Assembly: GCA_041744215.1 (NCBI GenBank)
Contig: JBGTLG010000017.1
Coordinates: 1-33,341, forward strand
Origin: Fimbriimonadales bacterium
GTDB lineage: Bacteria > Armatimonadota > Fimbriimonadia > Fimbriimonadales > ATM1
Length of the DNA stretch: 33,341 nt
Direction: 5' to 3'
Of the stretch, positions 18,698-26,961 are shown in pieces (the first letter of the stretch is position 1; each line of letters begins with the position of its first letter). The notes under the pieces were generated by a model. It saw nothing but the letters and a program-made list of their open reading frames with translations. It searched no databases and was not told where the DNA came from. Both the position numbers and the translations under genes were made by a program.

Positions 18698-20170
18698 ATG
18701 ACCGCCCGCAGCGCTTCCCTGTTCTTCCTCACTTTTTGCGGTCTGACGGCTCACACCGCCACCTACACGGTAGCCCCCTCGCCAGCGACACGCGAGGCGA
18801 TTGTCGAGGTGCGAATCGAAGGCGAGCCGAGCACGGAGTTTCGAATGGCCGCATGGGCTCCGGGAGACTACAGAATCGTAAACTTTGGTCGTCTGCTCAG
18901 CAACGTCCGGTTTTTCAAGCAGGGCGAAGAGGTTCCCGCAGAAAGAGGCGAGGATCCAAACAGTTGGCAAGTCTCCTCAGGGGCTGACAGAGTCACGTAT
19001 CACGTAAACTCGCGGACGAGCATCTTTACAGAAGATCTGCGCGTCAATGATCGCGAGATGTTCTTCAACGGGCCAGCGGTTCTGGGTTGGTTCCATGGCC
19101 GCCAGCACGAAGAGCACACTTTGCGGATTCTGCTCTCGCCGGTTGGGGCAAGTGCGTTTTGCGCCCTCGACCCAGTCGCATCTGGCGAGGACGGCTACGC
19201 GACATACCGCGCCCCGAATTACGAGTCGCTCGTCGATGCGCCGGTAGTTGTTGGGACTACGATCCGGTCATTGGAATTTGCCGTTCAAGGCAAGCCGCAC
19301 TGGATCGTCGCGTACAACCGACCCCAGTCTCTGAATCTGGAAACCTGGAGCAGCGTCGCGAAACGTGTGGTCGAAGAAACGAGTCGCCTTTATGGGCAAC
19401 TTCCCTACGCGAGATACCTGTTTATGTTGGACGTTGGCGGGCCAGGTGGTGGCTTGGAACACGCGGCAAGCACTCGTATGGCGGTTTCAGTAAACTCGAC
19501 AGCACAGGCTACGGCACAGTTCATGGCTCACGAATTCGTTCACACGTACAATGTAAAGCGGATTCGCCCGAGCGCTCTTCAGCCGATAGATTTCACGAAG
19601 CCCGCGGTCACAGGTGCGCTGTGGTGGCTCGAAGGCGTGACCGACTACTACGCACGTGTCGTGTGCGTTCGAGCTGGGATCAGAACACGCACCGAAATCC
19701 TTGGTCAGTTAGGTCGAGAGATTAGCCTCCTCTCGCGACAGCCAAGACGCCTACAGGTTTCCGCTAACGAAAGTAGTCGCCGTGTGTGGGAAGCGAACAA
19801 CAGTTCAGGGTTTGGCATCGACTACTATATGAAGGGGGCATTGATCGGGTTCATGCTTGATCTCGCGATTCGTACAGAATCGCGCGGTGAACGATCTTTA
19901 GACGATGTGATGTTCGCACTTTGGAGCGAGTCACAACAAGGAAAAGCGGGCTTTTCGGAAACTCGAATCCGTGAGCTTTGCGTGATGTTCGGCGGCGACG
20001 CCTTGGGTGATATCTACGACGAAGCAGTATTTCGAGCCGTTGACATGCCCTGGGAGCGCGTGCTGCGCAGAGCTGGGCTTGCATTCGACGATGGTCGCCT
20101 GTTCGAGATGATGGACGCAACGCAAGAGGCGTCACAAGTCGCGAGAAACTGGCCCTATCGAACGCCCTGA
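18698..20170 (+). CDS. M61 family (glycyl aminopeptidase-like) metallopeptidase
   Basis: AWAPGDY, LVDAPV, GGGLEH, HEFVH (HExxH), NVKRIRP, WWLEGVTDYY, YYMKG. Confidence 0.92.
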   Translation: MTARSASLFFLTFCGLTAHTATYTVAPSPATREAIVEVRIEGEPSTEFRMAAWAPGDYRIVNFGRLLSNVRFFKQGEEVPAERGEDPNSWQVSSGADRVTYHVNSRTSIFTEDLRVNDREMFFNGPAVLGWFHGRQHEEHTLRILLSPVGASAFCALDPVASGEDGYATYRAPNYESLVDAPVVVGTTIRSLEFAVQGKPHWIVAYNRPQSLNLETWSSVAKRVVEETSRLYGQLPYARYLFMLDVGGPGGGLEHAASTRMAVSVNSTAQATAQFMAHEFVHTYNVKRIRPSALQPIDFTKPAVTGALWWLEGVTDYYARVVCVRAGIRTRTEILGQLGREISLLSRQPRRLQVSANESSRRVWEANNSSGFGIDYYMKGALIGFMLDLAIRTESRGERSLDDVMFALWSESQQGKAGFSETRIRELCVMFGGDALGDIYDEAVFRAVDMPWERVLRRAGLAFDDGRLFEMMDATQEASQVARNWPYRTP

Positions 20171-21045
20171 GCCGGTTCGACGCTCTTCAAGTCCATCACC
20201 ATTTTGATGGTCATCATTCGTGGGGCGCTCGCGCGGATGGTTGCTGTGAAACGAACGAGCGCGCCCGACTTAGAGTCAAACCAACTCGACGCTGGCCCAT
20301 CGAGTGTCATCGCTTCGCTTCCTGAGGATTCGGCGTCGATCTTAACGGCAGTCCACTCGCCAATCTGATCCGTTCCACCGTACCTAAACGTGATCTTCGG
20401 CATCATTCCCTGGAGGTTCGAGCCTGGATCGCGCGGATTGGTTACGTCGGGAACCTCGCCTCCCCATGTTTCTCCTGCGACGAGCGCGCCCTCAGGAAAG
20501 TATGCAGTTGCCGCCGCCGTCACGACAGGTACTCCATCAGGTCCGACTGGACGAAATCGATTGTCGAAGCGAGAGACGCCGGGCTTTGAAAACTCTTTCC
20601 TTCTTTCCGCAGCAACGACATCTTCAGTGCCCGCGAGCCTCCCGCCACACTTCGTCTCGACTCTGACATCCTGGAATCGATCTTCAAACTCGAACACGCC
20701 ATCGGCGGCGGACACGCATTTGCGTACAAGCGTCGCGCGAATCGTGTTGTTGATCGTCCCTGGAACCTCGTCCGAGCCGGGCTTGCGGTACTCAGCAATC
20801 TCTTCGTCCTGTTCGAAGACGTAGGTGAAAACATCGCCAGCTCGAACGTCAAGACGCAGCGGGTCAGCACGCCCTGTCTCTATCGACTTCGGCTCCGATA
20901 ACTCAGTGGACGATGGCGCCGGATCCGACGGGGGAGAACAAGCTGCGACGAGCGCAACACCCAGGGCGGCCGGGAGGAGGACCAAGCGGAGCTTCGGGCC
21001 ACCAAGCGGATTCAAACTTTCGCGAACAAACGTGATCATCGGCAT
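20155..21045 (-). CDS. Hypothetical lipoprotein
   Basis: LVAAC lipobox after a hydrophobic stretch; FPEGALVAGETW motif; start uncertain (21045 or 21039). Confidence 0.7.
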   Translation of the reverse strand: MPMITFVRESLNPLGGPKLRLVLLPAALGVALVAACSPPSDPAPSSTELSEPKSIETGRADPLRLDVRAGDVFTYVFEQDEEIAEYRKPGSDEVPGTINNTIRATLVRKCVSAADGVFEFEDRFQDVRVETKCGGRLAGTEDVVAAERRKEFSKPGVSRFDNRFRPVGPDGVPVVTAAATAYFPEGALVAGETWGGEVPDVTNPRDPGSNLQGMMPKITFRYGGTDQIGEWTAVKIDAESSGSEAMTLDGPASSWFDSKSGALVRFTATIRASAPRMMTIKMVMDLKSVEPAQGVR

Positions 21046-21392
21046 AGAACTGGTTGCAGAACCCGTTATACCGTTCGATGTCGATTGCCTGCCGAGCCCG
21101 CTCGATAGGGGCCGGCATCCGGATGGTGATGATCCCAAGCTTCACCAACAGATCAATAGGCGTACAATCACGGGCTCGCAGTAATCCACAAGTGGGGGCC
21201 TCCCGAAGGCGAGGGCGTGGGATCAGAGGGTCACTATGCCCGCAGGCCCTATCGGTGTCTTAGGAAATGTGGACACAAAAATGAGGGAGGAGCCTCGCGA
21301 ACAGACATAGAAACAGGGGAGTAGCAGATGAATAGCCGTCCGTGCTTGGGCATCGCCTCGGCGTGCCCAGGCACAAAACAGGAGAAGAACAA

Positions 21393-22259
21393 ATGAGAGT
21401 AGCAGTTATCCTCGCCCTTCTAACCGGATGCCTCTTGAGCATCAGTTGCTCGACGAACTCCGGCGCGAACTTCATTGTATTCCGCAATGACGCCGGCAAC
21501 ATCCTCCGGATGAACTACAACGGCACCGGACGGAGTACCGTCTTTGCTGGTGACGACACCAGTTTCAACCCCTCGCTCTCGCGAAGTGGACGGAAGATCG
21601 CCTTCGCTTCGTACAGCTCGATCGATGGCAGCTTCCGCATCCTACTGATGAACACCAACGGTAGCAACGTGCGGGAGCTTTTGAATCAACCAAGCAGCAG
21701 CCATCACCCAGCTTATAACCCAAACAATCGCACACTTGCCTTCCATTCCAACAGTGGAGGCACCTACCAGATCTATCGCATCAACGATGATGGCTCCGGC
21801 CTCCAGCAGCTGACGAGCACCGGTGCGAACCAACACCCTGCGTGGAGCCCTGATGGATCCAAGATTGCGTTCAGATCGAATCGTGACGGCAACAACGAAA
21901 TCTATGTCATGAATGCCGACGGATCAAACCAGCAACGATTGACGAATGATCCGGGAAGCGACTTCCGCCCGTCCTGGAGCCCAAATGGCCAAAAGATCCT
22001 CTTCACCTCCGACCGAGCGGCCGGCGTGCAGCAAGTCTGGATGATGGACGCCAACGGCGCTAACCCATGGCAACTGACCTCCGCCACAGCTCGAAGCTGG
22101 GCGGCTGCATTCACTCCCGACGGACGCAAGATCGTATTCTCGAGCGAAAGAGATGTGAGCGGCGGCCAAGTCTATATCATGGACGCGGACGGTTCAAACC
22201 AAATCAACATCTCTAACACCACGGATGCGGAGTACGACGTATCAACTGGTACCGGATAA
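21393..22259 (+). CDS. TolB-like PD40/WD40 beta-propeller lipoprotein
   Basis: AGGAG SD; signal with Cys; repeats PAWSPDGSKIAF, PSWSPNGQKILF, FTPDGRKIVF, IYVMNADGSNQ. Confidence 0.9.
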   Translation: MRVAVILALLTGCLLSISCSTNSGANFIVFRNDAGNILRMNYNGTGRSTVFAGDDTSFNPSLSRSGRKIAFASYSSIDGSFRILLMNTNGSNVRELLNQPSSSHHPAYNPNNRTLAFHSNSGGTYQIYRINDDGSGLQQLTSTGANQHPAWSPDGSKIAFRSNRDGNNEIYVMNADGSNQQRLTNDPGSDFRPSWSPNGQKILFTSDRAAGVQQVWMMDANGANPWQLTSATARSWAAAFTPDGRKIVFSSERDVSGGQVYIMDADGSNQINISNTTDAEYDVSTGTG

Positions 22260-22297
22260 GGGATCTCGGAAACGACGGGACATAATCCGGTAACTCC

Positions 22298-22340
22298 AAA
22301 ACATCGTGATCGCCGTCCTTTCGGACGGCGATCACGATGT
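22298..22340 (-). terminator. Perfect 18-bp hairpin terminator between the convergent TolB-like and DinB genes
   Basis: ACATCGTGATCGCCGTCC-TTTC-GGACGGCGATCACGATGT (22301-22340); on the minus strand a GAAA loop and short U run directly after the DinB stop. Confidence 0.8.
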
Positions 22341-22341
22341 C

Positions 22342-22818
22342 CTAATGCATGGCCTTGTCGCCATAGAGAGTCTGAACGTATGCGATCTGGCCCAGATGAT
22401 AGTTGAAGTTCCAGCGAGGATAGTCCATCATCTCTTCCATTGCGAAGTCGCGACCACCGTCATAGGGTAGCCACTTCGTCTCAGCGAGCCGCTCGTCGGG
22501 CATCTCCCGGTACATCTCGAACAATTCCTCAAGCCTGCGATAGCACTCAGCCTTGCAAGCCTCAACGGTCGCGAACTGCTTCTTCTCGGCTTCGACCTTG
22601 GCGGCTACTTCCTCGTTCCACTCGGGTTCCTCTTTGCCGCCGATCAGGTCCTTGGCCCAGCTCGGACAGAGGGCCATTTCCTGGCAGATGTCCAAAACGG
22701 AACGCCCACCGTCGAGGGGCTTCCAGTCAAGCTTGTCTGCCGGGACGGCCGCCGCATACTTGAACGCCTCGTCGGCCGCCTGCTTCGTCACCCTAACCAT
22801 GTACTCTTGAATTCTCAT
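22342..22818 (-). CDS. DinB/YfiT family protein
   Basis: VPADKLDWKP..GRSVLD, YHLGQIAY; AGGAGG SD and a TACTAT -10 upstream. Confidence 0.85.
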   Translation of the reverse strand: MRIQEYMVRVTKQAADEAFKYAAAVPADKLDWKPLDGGRSVLDICQEMALCPSWAKDLIGGKEEPEWNEEVAAKVEAEKKQFATVEACKAECYRRLEELFEMYREMPDERLAETKWLPYDGGRDFAMEEMMDYPRWNFNYHLGQIAYVQTLYGDKAMH

Positions 22819-23299
22819 TGGATGTCCTCCTGCGCCATAGTAGACGCTTGTCGGGCATTATCCCTGCCGAGCCCGTCAATTGTCAAGCGACCTTCAGGTC
22901 CGGTCGGGTGTCGGCATGGCGACCGGGATCAGCAGGACGTTCGTTGCGGCGGCCTCTTGGTAGCTGTTCCGACGTAGATCTCTCGTGTTCGGTGGCTCAC
23001 TGCGCTAACCTGGTTTCTTCGGTGCTGTTGTTGGCGTCGGCATCTCGTTTCGGTCGGTTGACGGCGGGATGTTTTCGGCTCATCGCCCTTACTGGACTCA
23101 TCGAACTCATCACGCTTTAACATTGTTAACGCGGTTTCTTGAGGTCACTAGGTGGGTTGAGTGCGGTGTTGCGAGCGGTTAGGGCGCATTCCCTCGGGTA
23201 CAAGGCCACCGTCGGTTAAGTCCTCGGGAGGGGCAGAAGTCAACCTGTTGGGACGCGGCCAGTCGCACCGGCCGAGGGAGGATGGTGTCCGGAGCATTT

Positions 23300-23455
23300 C
23301 ACTGACAGATTCTTTTGGCGCAGTCCACCTACGAAATTTGTTGAAGAATCTGTCAGTGCCACCCGACCGCACTCTGGCCACCCGTCAACGGCTTTTCACT
23401 GAGGAACTCGCTGGTGAGCAGAAGTAGCCTAAAAGGATCGGCGAGTCACTCAGTG
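23300..23455. repeat. Two 59-bp hairpin elements with shared CACTGA...TCAGTG termini
   Basis: 23300-23358 (15-bp perfect IR) and 23397-23455 (7-bp plus 10-bp stems); both preceded by TTT and followed by (C/G)CAC. Confidence 0.7.
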
Positions 23456-23521
23456 GCACACCTACCTGTGGGAAACTCACATCGTCGGCCGAGGCTCAGT
23501 CCAGCCAGGCGGGCGCACCCG

Positions 23522-23564
23522 GCGGCAGGCGGCGCTGCGGGGAGTTTGATTACGATGTGGTTGA
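23522..23564 (+). repeat. 43-bp direct repeat, copy 1
   Basis: GCGGCAGGCGGCGCTGCGGGGAGTTTGATTACGATGTGGTTGA, identical to 24557-24599. Confidence 0.95.
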
Positions 23565-23619
23565 GCAGGTAGTCATCTCACCTTAGAAACCCCACCAACT
23601 TACGCAACGTCTATCGATT

Positions 23620-24522
23620 ATGCTTTATGCTCTGGCAGGCTTGGCGCTTGGATTTGCACCCTCTCCCGCACTTCAAATTGGTGAGGTCTCAAAGACCGAG
23701 TTTCTGAACCTTCTCTCGCGCATTGGTTACGAGACGGAGGACCTTGGTCAGTACTACGCAAAGGTGCGTGACGGCTCAACGAGCTTCCACATAGTTGTTG
23801 CGTTTCACGCTAACCGGAGCGGAGGGCCGAGTTTCGTGGGGAGCGCGACGGCGCGCGCGGAGTTCGGTCTTCCGTCGTTTTTAGGCAAGAAGCAGCTGGC
23901 AGAGTGGCAGGCGCAATCGCAACTTGAAAGTGTATCGATACACTCGTTCCTGGACGGAAGAGTCGTGATCGTAGGGCATTTGTCTGGCAAGGAAACCACC
24001 ATCGAGGAGCTACAGAACAACGTAGGCCGCATGCTCAACGCCACGCGAAACCTCGAACAGTTCCTTGCTCCTTTGGGCGGCAAGCCGACGGGCACGATAC
24101 ATGAGGTGGGGAAAGCAAAACTAGATCTCAACGCCAAGCTGGAATTCGCGGATGAAGAGGATTTCGTTTATCTGCGGCAACAGTTTGGTTGGCTGGAACC
24201 AGAGACAGGTTCCCCATATGGTGTCATCAGAGGGTGGCTGGTTGTCGCGTCGGTTTCCGACATTCCTGTCTTGTTTAGTGGCTTTGGTGCGTCCGCCCCC
24301 AGATTCACGTTGACCTGCATGACAAATGTCGACCCACCTCGGGAGGAGCGCCTCCGCAAGACATTCGAAGCCGTCACCTGGGCAGATGCAAGTGTTCAGG
24401 AAGGGCGCATTTACATCCAGAAGTGGGTCGACACAGGAGATGGTATCACGGTGCGGGAAGTGCGCGACTTGACAATTGACTTCGCTACGAGGGTGAAGGG
24501 ACTACGACTTTTCGGCCAGTAG
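23620..24522 (+). CDS. Secreted hypothetical protein with two putative YbjN-like domains
   Basis: Signal peptide; two similar halves each ending in a beta hairpin plus T(I/V)xE(L/V) amphipathic helix; domain call by pattern only. Confidence 0.7.
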   Translation: MLYALAGLALGFAPSPALQIGEVSKTEFLNLLSRIGYETEDLGQYYAKVRDGSTSFHIVVAFHANRSGGPSFVGSATARAEFGLPSFLGKKQLAEWQAQSQLESVSIHSFLDGRVVIVGHLSGKETTIEELQNNVGRMLNATRNLEQFLAPLGGKPTGTIHEVGKAKLDLNAKLEFADEEDFVYLRQQFGWLEPETGSPYGVIRGWLVVASVSDIPVLFSGFGASAPRFTLTCMTNVDPPREERLRKTFEAVTWADASVQEGRIYIQKWVDTGDGITVREVRDLTIDFATRVKGLRLFGQ

Positions 24523-24556
24523 ACAGGGAGTGAAGTTCCGGTTATTCCCGGCGGCT

Positions 24557-24599
24557 GCGGCAGGCGGCGCTGCGGGGAGTTTGATTACGATGTGGTTGA
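24557..24599 (+). repeat. 43-bp direct repeat, copy 2
   Basis: Identical to 23522-23564. Confidence 0.95.
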
Positions 24600-24710
24600 T
24601 GCAGTGATTCGGCACCTGCCTTCTTAGCCGATAAGTTCGGCGAAAAAGAAGGAGCGAATCGTTCCCGTGGTTCCGACGGCGGCACGAGAGCGAGCTTCCC
24701 GTGCTAGTCC

Positions 24711-25847
24711 CTAGTCAAGCAAGCGCCGCGCTAATGAGATTAGTGGGGCCAAATCTATCCTGGCTCTGCCATCGGCGTATGGAACCAGGTCGGGCCGCTC
24801 CCAAAGCTCGCTCAGGCATTCCAGCATCGCCACATCCAACATCCGGTCTTGCTCAAATCGCTGAATGGCGATCTGCGTGATTCGCACACGTTCATCCCGT
24901 CGATGCCTGGTGTAGGCGAACAAATTGCCAGCAAAGTGTGCATCGATCGTCGGAAGCAGCCGCATCACGTTTTCGAATCCCGAAATGACCGGCAACGGCG
25001 CAGAGAACGAGCCACGCGGAGCCGCGAGGAATTGGTCCACAAACTCTGTGCTCAGCTCGCGTTCGCCCCAATGCATACGAATCGCAAGAGCATCCAGGCG
25101 ATCACGAACATTGTTGATGGGAAAGCTCTGCGGAAACTGCTCTGCAAGCCATGCCATGTAAAGCGCAAGCTCCGCCTCGGGCGGACCGGTGCCGTATCCC
25201 AAAACCTGGGATTGCTTCGGCGCCACGTGTTTGAGAAGCGTGAGGAAGACGCGCCGCGGGCCGCCCTCTGCTGCTGCGGCATTTCGAGCGAAGATGTCGG
25301 CTATCGCTACCATTGTGGAGTAGGAAGGCGTGTACTCGGTATTCGTAAGCACCGTCTGCGCCAGCGACCCGCCACTGTATGCGGGCGCAAAGTCGTGCCC
25401 TGGCGCGCGCCACATCATCTCGTGACTACCCGACGGAACCGCGCTCGCGTAGAAGCCCCCATTCGCCGCCGGTTGCTGCAAAATCCATAGGCTCTTCTTG
25501 CCAATCCGTCCATCGAAGATGGGGCCCCGGCCGACGCCGGCTCCCTGCCTTGGAATTCCGTCGTCGATCATCGTCGCTGGCAGCGGTATGCGTAGTTCTG
25601 CGGGGCCACTTCCCATAACGTAGCTGATCGCCCGCAAGCTTAGCGTGCGATAGAGCAGCTCTTGCGTGCCTTCGAAGCCCTCCTGCCAGAACTCTCCGGT
25701 CTGCGTCTCGGCGGCGAGCCCGGTGTTTTCGGCGATGACGATGATATGCGCTTTCTCGACCGCTGCTCGGACATACTGTGCTTGGCCGGGAGGCGCTAAG
25801 AACAGCCCCAGTAGGGCAAAAATGATAACGCGATGAAGATGCTCCAT
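24711..25847 (-). CDS. Secreted hypothetical protein
   Basis: 378-aa ORF with signal peptide ending GQA; AGAAGG upstream; no family recognised. Confidence 0.75.
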   Translation of the reverse strand: MEHLHRVIIFALLGLFLAPPGQAQYVRAAVEKAHIIVIAENTGLAAETQTGEFWQEGFEGTQELLYRTLSLRAISYVMGSGPAELRIPLPATMIDDGIPRQGAGVGRGPIFDGRIGKKSLWILQQPAANGGFYASAVPSGSHEMMWRAPGHDFAPAYSGGSLAQTVLTNTEYTPSYSTMVAIADIFARNAAAAEGGPRRVFLTLLKHVAPKQSQVLGYGTGPPEAELALYMAWLAEQFPQSFPINNVRDRLDALAIRMHWGERELSTEFVDQFLAAPRGSFSAPLPVISGFENVMRLLPTIDAHFAGNLFAYTRHRRDERVRITQIAIQRFEQDRMLDVAMLECLSELWERPDLVPYADGRARIDLAPLISLARRLLD

Positions 25848-25890
25848 TTCTTGCCTTCTTTACTTATGGATTAATGTCGCTACGACAACT

Positions 25891-26805
25891 TTATGAAACT
25901 GTGACGCCGACGCTGGCATCAAGGAACGAGCGCAAGTCGTCCTCGTTGACGCCGGGCTCCCCCGGTGATAGGTTGTTTAGCTTCCCTTCTTTGATCCACT
26001 CTTCGAGGCGTCCGACTTCGGAAAACAGGTGATCGAACGAATCGACGACGAAAAGCAGCGGCTGGTAGTGGTGGATCTCGAAGTATTGATTGATGACCCA
26101 CTCCATCCGGAACGGATACCTTTGCACGTCTTCTGATTCGATGCAGTGTTCGATCTCTCCGAAGGACGACAGCAGTCCGCTGCCATACACGCACGTTCCG
26201 CCGCCCGCGCGCTTCATGAGTCCAAACTCGATCGTAAACCAGAAGAACCGCGCCATCCCTTTGATAATGCTTTCGACGACGCGGATACGCTCGTTTTCGT
26301 CACGGATTTCTTGCGCGTGTTGCGCGGCGAACCGCGCGACTTCGCCGAAACGCACCAGCACGTCTGCAAACTGACGATCGGTGTGCATCGGCACGTGTCC
26401 CGCTACGTCGTGGAAGATATCTGGTTCGGGCAGGTATTCGAGGGATTTGAAATCGCGGATCGTTATCGTCGTTGGGAATTCTCTATTGCGGATGCTGTCG
26501 AAGAACACGTACGCTGGCACATAGCCGCTGACCGCCTTCGCCTTGAAGCCTGACAGCGGTTCGAGAAACTTGTTGATGTCTTCAAGTCTTGGCACTGCGT
26601 TAGGATCGAGCGCGAGATTGCTGATCCCTTCCATAAACTTGGGGTTGGCGTACTTCTCCCACCGGGGCCTGATGCGTGCGTAGAGTTGCCGCCAGGTTTC
26701 CTGGTTCTCTTCGCTATAGAGTTCGTAGGGCTGCTGGATGTAGAGCTCGCCGTTCGATTTGGCTGCTTCGATGAAGGGCGCTTTTGTGGTTGTCAGTCCT
26801 GCCAT
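25891..26805 (-). CDS. phhA: Phenylalanine 4-monooxygenase (biopterin-dependent aromatic amino acid hydroxylase)
   Basis: YLPEPDIFHDVAGHVP (Fe-ligand His pair), WFTIEFGL, YGSGLLSSFGE, YQPLLFV. Confidence 0.93.
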   Translation of the reverse strand: MAGLTTTKAPFIEAAKSNGELYIQQPYELYSEENQETWRQLYARIRPRWEKYANPKFMEGISNLALDPNAVPRLEDINKFLEPLSGFKAKAVSGYVPAYVFFDSIRNREFPTTITIRDFKSLEYLPEPDIFHDVAGHVPMHTDRQFADVLVRFGEVARFAAQHAQEIRDENERIRVVESIIKGMARFFWFTIEFGLMKRAGGGTCVYGSGLLSSFGEIEHCIESEDVQRYPFRMEWVINQYFEIHHYQPLLFVVDSFDHLFSEVGRLEEWIKEGKLNNLSPGEPGVNEDDLRSFLDASVGVTVS

Positions 26806-26912
26806 CGGTGTGGTTCCTTACCTTATTATGACGGGCTTCGGGAGGAAATCGGTTGCGTTTGGCTAAGGACTGGCGTGGGACGATCGGCCATGTGCTACCG
26901 TGCTGGCCGTTA

Positions 26913-26950
26913 ACAGAAGAAAGCCCCAGCTCGTTAGAACTGGGGCTTTC
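26913..26950 (-). terminator. Intrinsic terminator of the 23S-5S unit
   Basis: Minus strand GAAAGCCCCAG...CTGGGGCTTTC followed by TTCTG, about 12 nt after 5S. Confidence 0.85.
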
Positions 26951-26961
26951 AAAGTTATCAA

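Noticed and set aside
21109-21140. GGCCGGCAT resembling the start of an HDV-like ribozyme
   Set aside because: No downstream partners for the nested double pseudoknot.
22818-23427. Short ORFs in the DinB-to-YbjN interval, including a minus-strand fragment ending PTPTTAPKKPG
   Set aside because: No recognisable homology or clear initiation signal; a pseudogene remnant cannot be supported.
23300-23455. Integron attC (59-base element) or CRISPR interpretation of the twin hairpins
   Set aside because: No RYYYAAC/GTTRRRY boxes, only two units with dissimilar interiors, and no intI or cas gene in the window.
23390-23460. GCCACTG on the minus strand suggesting a cobalamin riboswitch
   Set aside because: No matching GGGAAG, B12 box or upstream core.
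23587-23597. CCACCA as a tRNA or tmRNA 3' end
   Set aside because: No T-arm (GTTCRA) or acceptor stem upstream.
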